From: Laetmonice hystrix
Lineage: Eukaryota
Assembly (NCBI GenBank): GCA_965235115.1
Contig: OZ249436.1
Location: 33,170,001 to 33,234,000 of the forward strand
Length of the DNA: 64,000 nucleotides
Direction: 5' to 3'
The notes beneath the pieces were generated by a model. That model worked only from the letters and a program-made list of their open reading frames with translations. It was not told the DNA's origin and did no database searches. Position 1 is the first letter of the stretch, and each line of letters opens with the position of its first letter. Of the stretch, positions 1 to 12,578 are shown in pieces. A program made the translations under genes and the position numbers.

Positions 1-454
1 CACCATTGCTGTCGCTCAGCGCGGTCTCCGTCCCTGAGTCACTTCTCGGGAATGACATAAAATGTTATGGGTGACAGAAAAACGGCAACATCTTTCATAA
101 AGCCGTCACTGGAACTGGCCGCCCGGGAGAAAAATATAAGTTATATATGTCTAACCAAGAATAGGTTTTACAAAAAGTGGCGTTTATCCTTTTCCCTCTC
201 TCCTGTCACGTGTTCAGTTGTTATACTCTTGAGGCAGTCTCAAACAGCCTTCCCTTTCAACCACGTATCTCGACCGAAGTCCCGCTAAACTCTAACTCCT
301 TCTTTCTGTTGGATCCTATACGGTTTCAAAATTAGTCTTTATTTGCATGATATCGTGGAAGGCTACCACGTGAAATAATCTACCATTAAAAGGATATTAA
401 ACGTCCTGTCCCTTATATCTCATTTTTCCTACTGATACATTTTGTCTTCTGTCT

Positions 455-815
455 TGTGTCGGTGACGTTATGACGTTACGTTGATACGTTCTCCGTGCCG
501 TCATGTGTCGGTGACGTTATGACGTTACGTTGATACGTTCTCCGTGCCGTCATGTGTCGGTGACGTTATGACGTTACGTTGATACGTTCTCCGTGCCGTC
601 ATGTGTCGGTGACGCTATGATCGACAATATGTGTCTGGCATAATACCTCTCTGACGTTACGTTGATACGTCTTTGCGCCTCACGTGTCTGCAACGTTATA
701 AGTATATGGTTCTGTCACGTGTCTGTGACGTTACGTTGATACGTTCTCCGTGCCGTCACGTGTCTGTGACGTTACGTTGATACGTTCTCGTCACGTGTCT
801 GTGACGTTACGTCAC
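455..815. repeat. 49-bp CpG/ACGT-rich minisatellite (about 3 near-perfect plus degenerate copies)
   Basis: Unit tgtgtcggtgacgttatgacgttacgttgatacgttctccgtgccgtca starts at 455, 504, 553 and 602, then decays. Confidence 0.9.
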
Positions 816-3800
816 GTGCCGGCAGACGTCTCTCTGTGCTGTCGTTTACATGCAGCATGCATGGGTCCCCTGTTCCTTCATGACAAAGTCCCATCAAGCC
901 GTCTCCACGTGTGACAGTAATCATGACTGTGCTCCTCGGTGTCGTCATGGCAGCACATCATAATGCTTTTTGCTTGTTTGTTGGCCTATTATCACCCTGG
1001 CCTGACCCAACATGGCGGCTGGCCGGCTCGGGGGAGTGCTGGTAAAATGGGCGGACAACCTGACTCACTCTCACCTCCACGGCGCTCATTCCAAGACATT
1101 CTGCCAGAACCTGTCAGAGCAACGGCTTGTACGCGTTCACACCTGACTGGTGGAAAAATTACCCTGCAAATTAAGCTCCCACCAGAATTTCTCCACTGAG
1201 CACAAGACAAAACCTTCATTCATATACAAGATATGAAATACCGAAATATTATTTTTTTTTTTTCGATATCGGGAAAGGAAATCATTTGACGTAATCTTTA
1301 TCGACGACCTTTATAAAGGTTATTTCGGTTTGTCTTTTTGGTATATGACCCAAAATTGGGACTGTTTAGTCCTTGGAAAGTATCGGCCGTAATTCTGAAG
1401 ATTAGTTAACAGGTTCATGCTTGCACCACCAACAACGTGCAAGAACTGACTGCAATACGGCTGTGTCTTCCGATAATACCCTAGCTACTGTTAGAACCAG
1501 TAATCCCAGGTCCCAGAAGGCTTCCTTGAACGACTTATCTCAGCAGACAGAGCGTTTCTACAAATATCCCAACATCTCAATTAAGTGAACACTCATCACT
1601 AGTTAGACCTGTAGATATGACATAATTACGACATTTCACCGTGTCTGTCCAGGTCCTACATGGGATGCCAATTCCCTATGACCCTTGTGAGTGACCTCTA
1701 ACTCCACCCACCCCCCGTTCCATCTCAGGCTAGCCCCCTCCCTCCATGCACTGCACTCTAATAAACATTTAATCATGACTAAATAACCACCCCATCCGAC
1801 GGTACCCTATCCAAATTTCACCCCCAACTGTGCAAATACACAGAAATTGTTTCCAAACGTCATTAATATTGTACATGGGGAAGACAGGGGACCGTCGGGC
1901 CTGTCCTGAATTCAACCAGCTTGGACGCGGGCCTCGAGTCGTCAATGTCATGAATATGTACCTGTGAACACCAGCAAACAACACAGGTCAACCTTCCAGG
2001 TCTATTTGGACGCATTTTAAATATTTGTAAATTGCAGCCTGCATGCGTCAGTTGTGAATCAATATCTAAGATCCTGCGAAAGTCCCAAACGGTGCCAATG
2101 CATGTCTGACTCAGCTAAAAGGTGGTTGGAGAGACAGGGACTTGACAACTACTATACCAGATACATCCTGCTTGGTTTGTCAGTTGCCTTCTGTAGTGTG
2201 GTACATGTAGTTTTATCCTGGCTGGTACGTTTTTTAAACGCACCGATTGAAGAATATAATTGTCTTTAGTTATACCAGTATTTAGTCTTTAATCCCTTTC
2301 TTTGGTCGTCTCTACTCTCCAGGCCTCTTGTCCTGGCACACATATTGAAACAAAAGACCAGGGTTCCAGTAAATGGGTGGCACAGTCAGAGTAAGGGAAG
2401 AGCCGCACCCCATCTCGCAGCAAGTCTCTATGATGAAAATGCCTTGCCACATGCTCTCCCTTAGCAATCCTTACGTAATTCCCCCTTAATTGGACGGTCA
2501 TTTTTCCTCATCATTTTTCACCCAGGATTCTGTCATCAATCCAAAACAAAACAGTATCTTGCACGAACTCCTTAATTGATACAAATTCCTGTTTGCTCTT
2601 TTCTTCCGTCTTCATCGGGAATTTTGAAAACCAGTTACGGCAATCATATCCGACAAAATGACCTAAATTTAATTCCCTCTGCGTGTCTGGGCGGGGAGAA
2701 GGTGATTTCCATCGCCGGCCAGTGATGCCGTCCAAGGGATCAGTATCACTACGACAGGGGATGAAGATTGTGAACGACTTGTCCTGCTGGCTCAGGCTCC
2801 CGGGACCTGACCACTAAGCTTATCGGCCGGCCGACAGTTTTGTTCATCAGCCTTCCGTTGGAAGGGTTAGAGGAGCCGTGCACCGTCCAGGGATGACGTA
2901 CAGCGGCCGGGATGTAAACCCCCCAAACCCCCTCCCCCAACCCCCCTCCATCAACCCCCTTCCCCACCCTCCTTTACCACATCACACAGATAGCTGGAGG
3001 CACCCCTCACCCTCCAAACAAGGACACAACCCTGTCCTACTCTCCACTCAACCTCACACATACTTTTTCCCGTTTCCACTCTGGTCAACTGGGCCTAATC
3101 ACTGGGAGGCATCGTGTTCCTCTTTGTGATAGCGGTTGAGGCAACTACAAGAACTCGTTACACCTATGACTCTTCCCCTGTAATTTTATTCTGACTGCAA
3201 CAATAACGTTTCGACCTATTCACTTTTAAATAAGGTGTTAATGTTTTATACGGAAACTACAATAATACGAAGCCTGCCATGAAATCTACGCCAGACTTTC
3301 CACCATTCAATTTTTTATCTACTCTGTAAATGCTATAAATGACACAGAAGAATGAACCTTTTCACTGTTTTATGGCAGTTTTTGTAACTTACAGGCCCCT
3401 TTCTGTATACAGGGAAAAAAAAATTCCGATGAATACATAAAGTATTTGAATATATTACAAATGGACACCAATAAATATAAAATGCCAATAAGCATCGACT
3501 TCGCGTTTTCTACTCTATACTACAAGGTTATCGAAATTATGTGAAAATAAAATCAGATCCCATGTATAAGTTAGTAGTACCTTTGATAGAAAACCGTGCC
3601 TTCAACGGATAAACAACCAAATAGTATGCCTCAGCCTATGTCCTAACAAGCTTGGATTCCTCTTTGACAACGTTCTCCACTCTAATTTTGGCTGCCATCT
3701 ACAGAAGCAGGATTGTCCAGCCACGTGCTCATGAGTTGCTCAGACTGACACCTAACTCCCCAAGTACCCGACCAAGGCCATAATCGGGAGTACTCATCGG

Positions 3801-4551
3801 TTTGGAGAGAAAACAATGGATGTCCGAACTGCCAACACTTGGCCCGTGCCTGGTCTGTGTCAGGCTGGCGGACCATTGCCCCCTCATTGAGTTTCAAACA
3901 ACAACATACTGAACGGTGACTGAGGAAACACTGGCCGCCACACACAGCTGACTGCTCAAACAGGGGGGAGGGCATCATTCCAATCCCCCGTGGATAAATG
4001 TTGTTTTTGTGCATCCCTCAACAGATGGGAGAACAGATATCGGCTGTTTAACAGACATGCAGTTGTACAGAAGTCGGCTGAGTGACAAGTGTACTTCTCC
4101 CTATCAGACGGACGGACGTCACTAAATCTACGTCCAAAATATTTCATTCACTATATACTTCTTCAATACCTCGGCTAGTGAAGTATCGCGCTTAGAGAAA
4201 ATAAACAAAACCGACTGATTTTCTGCTAACAATAACATAAGCCGAATGAGAACAAAGTAGGTATACATAGGACAAGCTTCGCTTTCAATTAGCCTGGTAG
4301 GCCTACTCATAACCATCGCATTAATTACAGCCTGATAATGGTGCCGCTGTCTACATCTAATTTCCAGGGAAAGATCGCAGTTTGATTCCCGAGGTAGGAA
4401 TCCACAGGTCTGTTACCCTAACATTACCACCCGTTGCCTCCCCTCCTCTCTATTCTCTGTTCTAACCCCATCCAAACGACAATCAGACGTCCGACAGATC
4501 GGACCCTCAATACTTGTGTGATTGGTCCGGGGGCCCCGCCAAGCGAGTCGC

Positions 4552-5272
4552 AAACCATTGAACCAATCCCATGTCTGCTGGGACGGAGACAGACATGTGG
4601 GCTCCTTAACAAACCATTGAACCAATCCCATGTCTGCATCATCCGTGTGTCTGCTGGGACGGAGACAGACATGTGGGCTCCTTAACAAACCATTAAACCA
4701 ACCCCATGTCTGTTGGGACGGAGACAGACATGCGGGCTCCTTAACAAACCATTGAACCAATCCCATGTCTGCTGGGACGGAGACAGACATGTGGGCTCCT
4801 TAACAAACCATTGAACCAATCCCATGTCTGCATCATCCGTGTGTCTGCTGGGACAGTAAAAGACATGTGGGCTCCTTAACAAACCATTGAACCAATCCCA
4901 TGTCTGCATCATCCGTGTGTCTGCTGGCACGGAGACAGACATGTGGGCTCCTTAACAAACCATTGAACCAATCCCATGTCTGCTGGGACGGAGACAGACA
5001 TGTGGGCTCCTTAACAAACCATTGAACCAATCCCATGTCTGTTGGGACGGAGACAGACATGCGGGCTCCTTAACAAACCATTGAACCAATCCCATGTCTG
5101 CTGGGACGGAGACAGACATGTGGGCTCCTTAACAAACCATTGAACCAGCCCCATGTCTGCATCATCCGTGTGTCTGCTGGCACGGAGGCAGACATGTGGG
5201 CTCCTTAACAAACCATTGAACCAATCCCATGTCTGTTGGGACGGAGACAGACATGCGGGCTCCTTAACAAAC
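4552..5272. repeat. Modular minisatellite, 59-bp unit with an optional 17-bp module
   Basis: Unit aaaccattgaaccaatcccatgtctgctgggacggagacagacatgtgggctccttaac, with optional insert catcatccgtgtgtctg. About 11 copies. It explains ORFs 4413-5337. Confidence 0.95.
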
Positions 5273-6689
5273 TGATTAATAATTCTGTCAAACAAGTCGG
5301 AGCAGCAACCAACGACCACCACTTCATAAAACCTCAACCGCCAACAAGACTTTTTCCTTTCTGGGCGCGGCCCGTTTTAAATGCCACTGTCTGGTTGTGT
5401 GCATTGTCACAACAATTAATGTGACACTGAGAAGACGCAACTTTCGCCGGTCTGAGGAGAAGGAGCCGCAATAATCATGGCACGTCAATAAATTTCCGGC
5501 TCTGGACTCCGCCGTCAGAGAGCCACGGCGGACGGTCAGCTGTGAGCAGTATGTGGGTATAGCCTACTGACCCAAGGACGGAGTGAGCAGCCTAGCCCGG
5601 CCATCCATCACCGTGTCACCGACAGGTTCTTGTGGCGGCCCGAGCCGATGGCGACTGTCAAGGAGGTCGGTCGGCCTCACACACAGACATGTTTCTCTGG
5701 ACATTATGACATGGACGCTGCTGGCGGGATCGGTTCCTTTCACAACAAACTAATGGTGTGCTCCGTCAGCTCTGTACGGCACACTCAGCTCATCTCTCTG
5801 TCACAGAGTGGAGGCTTCGCTCAGTATCAAAACTACTGCGAATCCAGACACGATCTTACGACTGGATGGTAGGACCCTAACCTGGAACGAACAGGTCCAG
5901 TGTTCATGGACGACTGGTCAGCTGGTCGTGTAAATCGTCCTTATAAATAAAGTTCTCCTTCAGAGCTACACCAAAGGTACCCTTGAAAGAGTCGGTGTGG
6001 AAAACTCGAGAAACCTAGCCGAACGTTATGTATCTACCACACGACATTTCCCACTCGTATTATTGACTTGAATCCGCCTCATTACATTGTGTAACCTGTT
6101 TTACTTTTCCATCAAATATATGACCTGCGAGTTGTGCACGAGAGGCCTCTTTTATGAGTACGGCAGTGGATGCACCATTACGTTCTCCTCATAAAATAAA
6201 CCCATTAACAAGATAGCGGGGAGATATTCTCAGTGTCGTGCTGCAGGCCATGGTTCATTATTACACAATTGTTTGAAGTAAACAGTGGAGTTATTAGACA
6301 GGTCCCTGAGTACCACCAACCAGCTGGCTCGTGAACGCTGGCTCGTGAACGCTAATCATGGCTCATTCTATGGCACCAGGGAGGGAGGGAGGAATTATCT
6401 GTGTCACCAAGTCAGGTGCAGCACACAACGTTACCATCAAGATTTTACCTATTGGTGGTACTGATAACTAGGGATAACAGAACCTTTGATCAGAGTTAAA
6501 AAATTCTTCAATTAATGGTAAAACACGGACAAATCGACATTCTTCATGTTTTACAGTTATAATCTTAATCATAACATATATATTTCTAAGTATGACCCGT
6601 ACGTCAAAGCCTAACTCCTGAGAAGGGAACCCGTTCACAATACTCTATTGTATTTCGGTAAAATTAATTGTATCGTTAGCGTTTTACGT

Positions 6690-7100
6690 TTCACTTGCAT
6701 TGTCACATCTCTAGCTGACGTTAATATTATGATATATTTAGGCTCTAACAAAAATCTCAAATCTACGGCGGTAAAATACTGCGATGTCTTGGTGAGAGAC
6801 TAATTATTCTATTGTTAATGTATGGTACATGAGACCCATATCCTTTCCTTTCCTGTCTCCATTTTAAAGTGGCTTTTAGAAAAGTGACATTCATTGCCTT
6901 ATGTATGCATTGAAACGTCAAATATCATTGTATTTGAGTATATATGGAGATTTTTTTTATTTTATGAACCTCACGTCATCAGCGTTGTTCCAAACCAACG
7001 ATTGATAAGTCACAACCGACGTTTTCTGGTGGTATTCAATCCATTCTTTTTTTACCTGCTCAGAGACATTTATTGCGTATCGTCCACCGACTTCGTGGAA
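6690..7100 (-). mobile_element. Possible decayed L1/Tx1-type non-LTR retrotransposon 3' fragment
   Basis: One minus frame reads EWIEYHQK...YQSLVWNNADDVRFIKIKKSPYILKYNDI, followed by HRxILP and RCDNASET-like pieces. These resemble the Q.LWNN..IKI..K...Y+ND+ and zinc-knuckle region of L1/Tx1 ORF2. Confidence 0.3.
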
Positions 7101-9213
7101 AAATGTTCTCTAGTTGTTGGCTGAATAAAAAACTATTGTTTATGTGACATTACAATGTGGTCATTTGTATCAACATCGTGGCATGGGAGAAATTATATTC
7201 CATTGGAAGCAATAAAATACAAATTAATTAGGGTATTGTAGATAATTATATTGACCTACCACTGCTGTGGTCTGAAGTGATGCACAATTGGGTGGACCAG
7301 CAGTAAATTTGCGTAATGAAAGCCCTTTATGTCAAAGCTTGCCCGACTCATCGCCCTTTTAACCAGAGCTTACCCTTCAAGGGGTCAAGGATACAAAAGA
7401 TTCTGATGTACTCCAGTCTCCTTTCCTTTGAAGTCCCATACAGTGAAAAGTTGTGTACTGAATAAAACCTGACAGAAACTACGAAAACCCGTCACCCAAA
7501 AAATGCTCCTTGAACATCATAGGAATTCAGGCCGTGAAAATGTCATCTCAGACAGCTTGTCCTTATGATGTCACTTCTTCTTTTACTTTCAACTGGTTCT
7601 AAAAAAATGAATCCTAGACTTGTACCACTATGAAGTGAGCTGGGTGTCGTCCCAGGCAAGCCGAGCCGACTTTTGACATCCTGGGGGCTGGCCAAGGGAC
7701 TGCTGACCAGTTAGAGGGCTTGCCGCCTGTGTCTGTCAAACATCCCGCTGACAAGTAGAGCTTTAGGCCCTCCACAATCTGACACAACAAGGCTACACAA
7801 CAATGTGCTGTCCCACAAGACCATTGTTACCACAAAGACAATCCCTAACGTAGGTCTTCACGGCTGACCTCTATGAGGAAATTACTTGTGATATCCCGCG
7901 GACACAACAAAAAGTGATCGGTTTGTGACTTTTACGGCTTCTTCCACTCTCATGTGGTTTCAACCAGGGACAAGTCATCGATTAATTCATCTTCTCATTG
8001 TTGTAATGACCGTGTAGATGATACAATTAAAATATGGCGAGGACAAAGGATTTCCCTCATAAGTACAGTGAACTGGAATATATAAATTCAATCATGGATC
8101 AAGAGCCACAAGGAGTTTTTCACAAAAACCTGTACGTTACCCATTGTCGTTAATAAGGAAATGGCACCAGTTCAGTTAAAAGAAAACCCAAATTTAGTCA
8201 ATTGGTGTCCTTATGAGTCCATCTCGGAGTGGGAGAGCCATCAAGGTCCTCTCTAAGTGGTTCAATGGGTGTGCTTGCCATTGCTTCAACGTTCTTCTGA
8301 AGCCGCTCCATTAAGACAGCACAAGAGGCCTGCATGGGGACATAATGAAGCGGTTCTCAATCAATGAGCCATTGCACGCTGAAACCGGTGCTGCCGCCGC
8401 CCGTTCACCAGCGCAGCCTGAAAGGGCCGACACATGTCTGGCCGGCCTTTAAGTAGTGGGTAAACGTTTCATTACATTGGGCCCACCTCCGTTAACAATC
8501 AGCCTCAACTGAACCGTCACGGGGGATAGTTGAGTACTACAAAGGAATGAACCCCTGAAGGAGTCGGCCAGAAAAAGGTACGCTCAACTCCTTGAGGGCT
8601 AATCCCATGATATCGCCTTGTCTGTATTCAGCTGGGACAAGGACTCCTGGATGACCAGGGTCCTTGTCACATGACTCCGGCCGTCAATGAGAAGACATTA
8701 GTGTATGTGGGGGACGGTAGGGGCAGGAGGATGGCCGTAACAAGCCTCAAGGACTGCTCCTTCAAACCTGCCCCCCCCCCCCTCACAGAAATGATCAAAC
8801 TGATTAAAAGACCATGTTGATCTGATGACCACTGACTGAGAAGGCAGTGTCCAGTTTTGCTGAATCACTCCTATCAGGTCTGAGGTCATGACCCGATGAG
8901 GTCGCAGGAGTTTCCCAGATGACTAACCTTGTCATTACTGGCCCTTTTATGGTTTTTAGATTTCACAATTTTACTTGAGTAAAAAAACAAGCATTTTCAG
9001 GCGGCTCATAAAATGCATTGAACTGCAAATTGAGCTGATTTCGTAAGCCATTCCGACAGTTGTGAAATAATTTCTTATTAACCTTACTTTAAAATCTGAC
9101 TGGACTTGTGGCTTGTGTACACACACAAAATCTCATGTCCGACCCTGTCATTCTAACTCCCCCACTTTAACATCAAAATGGAACAAAGAAATGAAGTTGT
9201 TCACACTACTCAC

Positions 9214-9615
9214 ATGCAATCTGTACAGTTCCCCTGCTGCTGGTGATACGTTTGTGTCCCTCAGCGTTGACGCTGTTCCACGCATGGCACTCACACCAGT
9301 ACTTATCCCTGCCATAGTAATCTTCCACCGCCTGTCTCGTCACATCTATACTTGTCTCAAGGTATTTCACCCTGGACTCAGAATCCACCTGCTCCACATT
9401 GACGTGGTGTTTAAAATTCACCCACTGCCCGATACATTTGAAGAGAATCCGGAACTCCGGGGCGTCGATGGTTGAGGAGGCCTTGCAGACGATGGTGACT
9501 GGCCGGTTTTTCACGATGTAGTATGATGGTTCCGGTTCCTGGATGAACTCGGGCGGGCCCACAGTGTTGTCATTGGAGTCGGTCCCGACCAGCGCTGCCG
9601 AGTCCAGTAGCTCAC
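9214..9615 (-). CDS. unc5: UNC5 netrin receptor, coding exon for the first (N-terminal) Ig-like domain
   Basis: Translation PPEFIQEPEPSYYIVKNRPVTIVCKA...ILFKCIGQWV...SIDVTRQAVEDYYGRDKYWCECHAWNS...VQIA matches the UNC5 Ig1 signature (YIVKNKPV-C-A, IxFKCNGEWV, V+RQQVE, YWCQCVAW, +RIA|Y). On the minus strand the acceptor is tgtattgttacag|GTGAGC (AG at 9617-9616) and the donor is GCA T|gtgagt (GT at 9213-9212). The exon is 402 nt, phase 1-1. Confidence 0.93.
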
Positions 9616-11326
9616 CTGTAACAATACACAGACATTTATCAGTTGGAGAAGTAGTGATACACAAACTGATCATTTCTACCACCTAAAATCAGGGGATTTC
9701 TGGAAAAGGAAAATCTGGGGAAGGCGGGGAGTGGAAACCCTTAAAAATCACCCCCTCTCTCCCCTCCCCCCAATAAAACAGAGCCCCCTGCCAATCCTCG
9801 CTCATTATGCCACTAATTCGTTTTATTCGTACTTTTTACTAAATAATAGCAATTCATAAAAGTTTCCAATTGACAAATAATTGTCATTTATCAACGCCAG
9901 CATTTCCATGTAGGTACTGTTCCCAGCAGGTACACGTCAAACGTTAGATGAATGGCCACCTCTCTCTCCACGTGGTATATATCGCCACGTTATCTCCCAC
10001 AAAGGTGACATATGGCATGCACCAGTGAACGATTCTCTTCTCACGTGCGGATAGCCTACACCTCGTTTACAGCGCCACGCTATGGCCTTGTGTCAACCCA
10101 ACGCTCAGACCGGCCGGCCGACGGGCGGTATCTGTACGGGCCTCCCTAACTGTTATACAAGACAAACACACAAACACCCAGGTCAACACCTGGCCTGGTC
10201 TACAAACACAAACACGCACATAATGCTGGCGGCTGGCAGCGGTGGAGAATCTACGCCTGTCTGGACAGCCACCGTCCGTCTGTACGTAGAGCAACGTCTG
10301 GTGGCGAACACCGATACTACTCTCAGTAAGCTCTCACAGATGTTACAATCAACTCGGCCAGAATCAAGACATGGAAACCACCGGCAAATATCTGGTCGTC
10401 TGCTCGCGCTCTGCCAGCCATTAGTTTCTTTTTCTGAGTTTAGTTTTTAAGCGACTCTCCCCCTTTCGTGTGCCTGAATGTTTCTAAATAAACACTTACC
10501 GGTCAAAAGGCCATCAAAACCTTGGCTTTGAGTTGGTTTATGAGGGGTTCTAACTTTAAAAGTGTTTTCATTATTGGTTCCAGGATAATTTCACAAAAAC
10601 TCTCCCAAGCCGAACTATTAACAAGGCCCGTAAATATCTGTAAACTGATGTTAACAATCAACAGTTCTGATACTTCCTGACTAGCCACACTTGAGCGGTG
10701 TGTATTCCCAGTGAGTAAGCCATGTCCACTAGCAGAAGAAGGCTTTACTTTGAGCCCCAAGAAAAGACAGCCTGACATGATGAAGTCAATCGACCTCATG
10801 CCATCCATCCATTAAGTCCTCATCCTGGTCAACAAATATCTTGGTCCGGTGTCGTATGTCAAAGCCAACCCTTAGTGTCACTCACGCTTTATCTTGCAAA
10901 GCTGCTCTATATTTGTCAGCATTAGTTCAGTTTCAAAGGACATTCCCTGCACTTTGCAGCTGACAAAGTGACCCAGCCCCCAGTCACTGTCAGACTCTAC
11001 CACGTGAACCCTTTTAAGAAGATTTTCTAAGCTCATTCACTGCACTACTTTACACACAAAAAGCTAAGTACTTAAACGCATATCTCTAGCAAGGAATGCC
11101 ATAAAACCTTATTAGATTTCTCTGAATGTCTGAAAATGTACACGTATACGACCTATAGTGCTGACAGATATGCATCTCCATAGGTGGGGGAACCCTGTCA
11201 GCCTACGTCAAGGTACGCTGAGTAAATCCAAGCTACCCCTCAAAACAACAGTGCTACTTTAGAAGATCCCCTTTAGAACAAGCTTCGATTGTTAATACCC
11301 CGCTGAACGAGTCCAATCGTCGGACT

Positions 11327-11521
11327 GTATCCCTTGGTAATATCCCTTGGCAATAAGCTCCTTCCCTGTTGTGAGGGGTATGGCTTCACACCAGACTCCC
11401 GGTGGGAATATCCCTTGGTAACTGTCTCCCGGGGGACCCTCCCGGGTACCGTCTCCCGTCGTTTGGGGGAGTATCCCTTGGTAAACCGTCTCCCGTCGTT
11501 TGGGGGAGTATCCCTCGGTAA
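11327..11521. repeat. Degenerate tandem repeat built on TATCCCTTGGTAA (UNC5 intron 1)
   Basis: About five tatccct(t/c)gg(t/c)aa cores, with a duplicated ccgtctcccgtcgtttggggg module. Confidence 0.7.
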
Positions 11522-12578
11522 CGGGTAGAAAGCCAGTGTCCTGGCCACAGTCAACGACTGGTTTACTATAAAGTAACAAGGGGAGATACATTCCTGTCTG
11601 TTTTTGGCATCTGTCCATCACCCCCACCCCTGTCCGAACCACCCAATGCCACAGTTCTAGGGGGTCAGGTGTCAGAAGGTCCCGGCCGGGTGGGTTGTCA
11701 CCGAGACCTGGCCTGGGGTGCCGGGCGGGCGGCCGTGGGGGGACGGGGCCCGGGGAGAGATAGACCGGCAGAGACTGAGACGAGCCGGCCGCCACATGTG
11801 TAACCATTCAGGCAGCCTTAGCATGCGGCAGGCACTGCCTTGTATGTCTGACATCATACATGACGTTACACATTACACTCCCCGCCATCAATGCCAAACC
11901 AAAATATCATCTGTTTGCATTCCACCATTGAAATGTTTGTGCTAGCCTCAGCACAACTTCCACGGCTCGCAGTGGGGGAAGTACAACTGACAAACCGAGT
12001 TACCTTGAGAGGCTCACGCACATTACCGAAACAGTGCACTTCCAACTTTCAACCCAACATCCGCCTTATTACGAAGGCATATATGATCTCTTGTGGTTTT
12101 GAAGCAAAAAGTAGTTGAGATTCACAACTTGTTATGATGGTGTATATCTCCTAATTTTTCCCCCTGGGGTCGTACGCATTTCTTTGCCACAACATGTTAC
12201 TCGTTCCTTTGCAACCCCCAGGCCTAATGCCCCCTACACAGCGTGTCCTTAATTCTGTTTAACTGTTAGAGAAACTACTTTAACTCCAGTTTCAATCCAC
12301 AAATCCTGGTCAACAATGGCATCCCGTCAAACAGTAATCTCCTTACCCTACAGGTCTTATCCTTCAAATTGAGTAGGATTCCGTACTCAATTCACTCAAA
12401 ATGTTTTAAGTTAATGTTTAAACAGAATTTAACAAAACATACAATCACAAGTACATTCAAATCCTTCTTTAAGGTAGAACTAAAGGCGATAGAAAACTAA
12501 TCCGAGGGATTCAAACTGTTATCCTTGACATTCTAAGCTTGTTTTATGTATTTCTCAGACAATACCCTCAGTATTTAC

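Noticed and set aside
4552-5272. CRISPR-like array (hairpin-containing direct repeats)
   Set aside because: The units are contiguous with no unique spacers, there are no cas genes, and the context is eukaryotic.
7340-7375. WLKG motif as a possible UNC5 Ig2 exon
   Set aside because: A stop follows two codons later and there is no other Ig2 similarity. No downstream unc5 exon was found in 1-9213.
9616-9682. N-terminal part of ORF 9206-9682 (MVEMISLCITTSPTDKCLCIVT) as the UNC5 start
   Set aside because: It lies upstream of a clear acceptor (ttacag at 9616) and reads as intron. The signal-peptide exon at 12579-12657 fits in phase.
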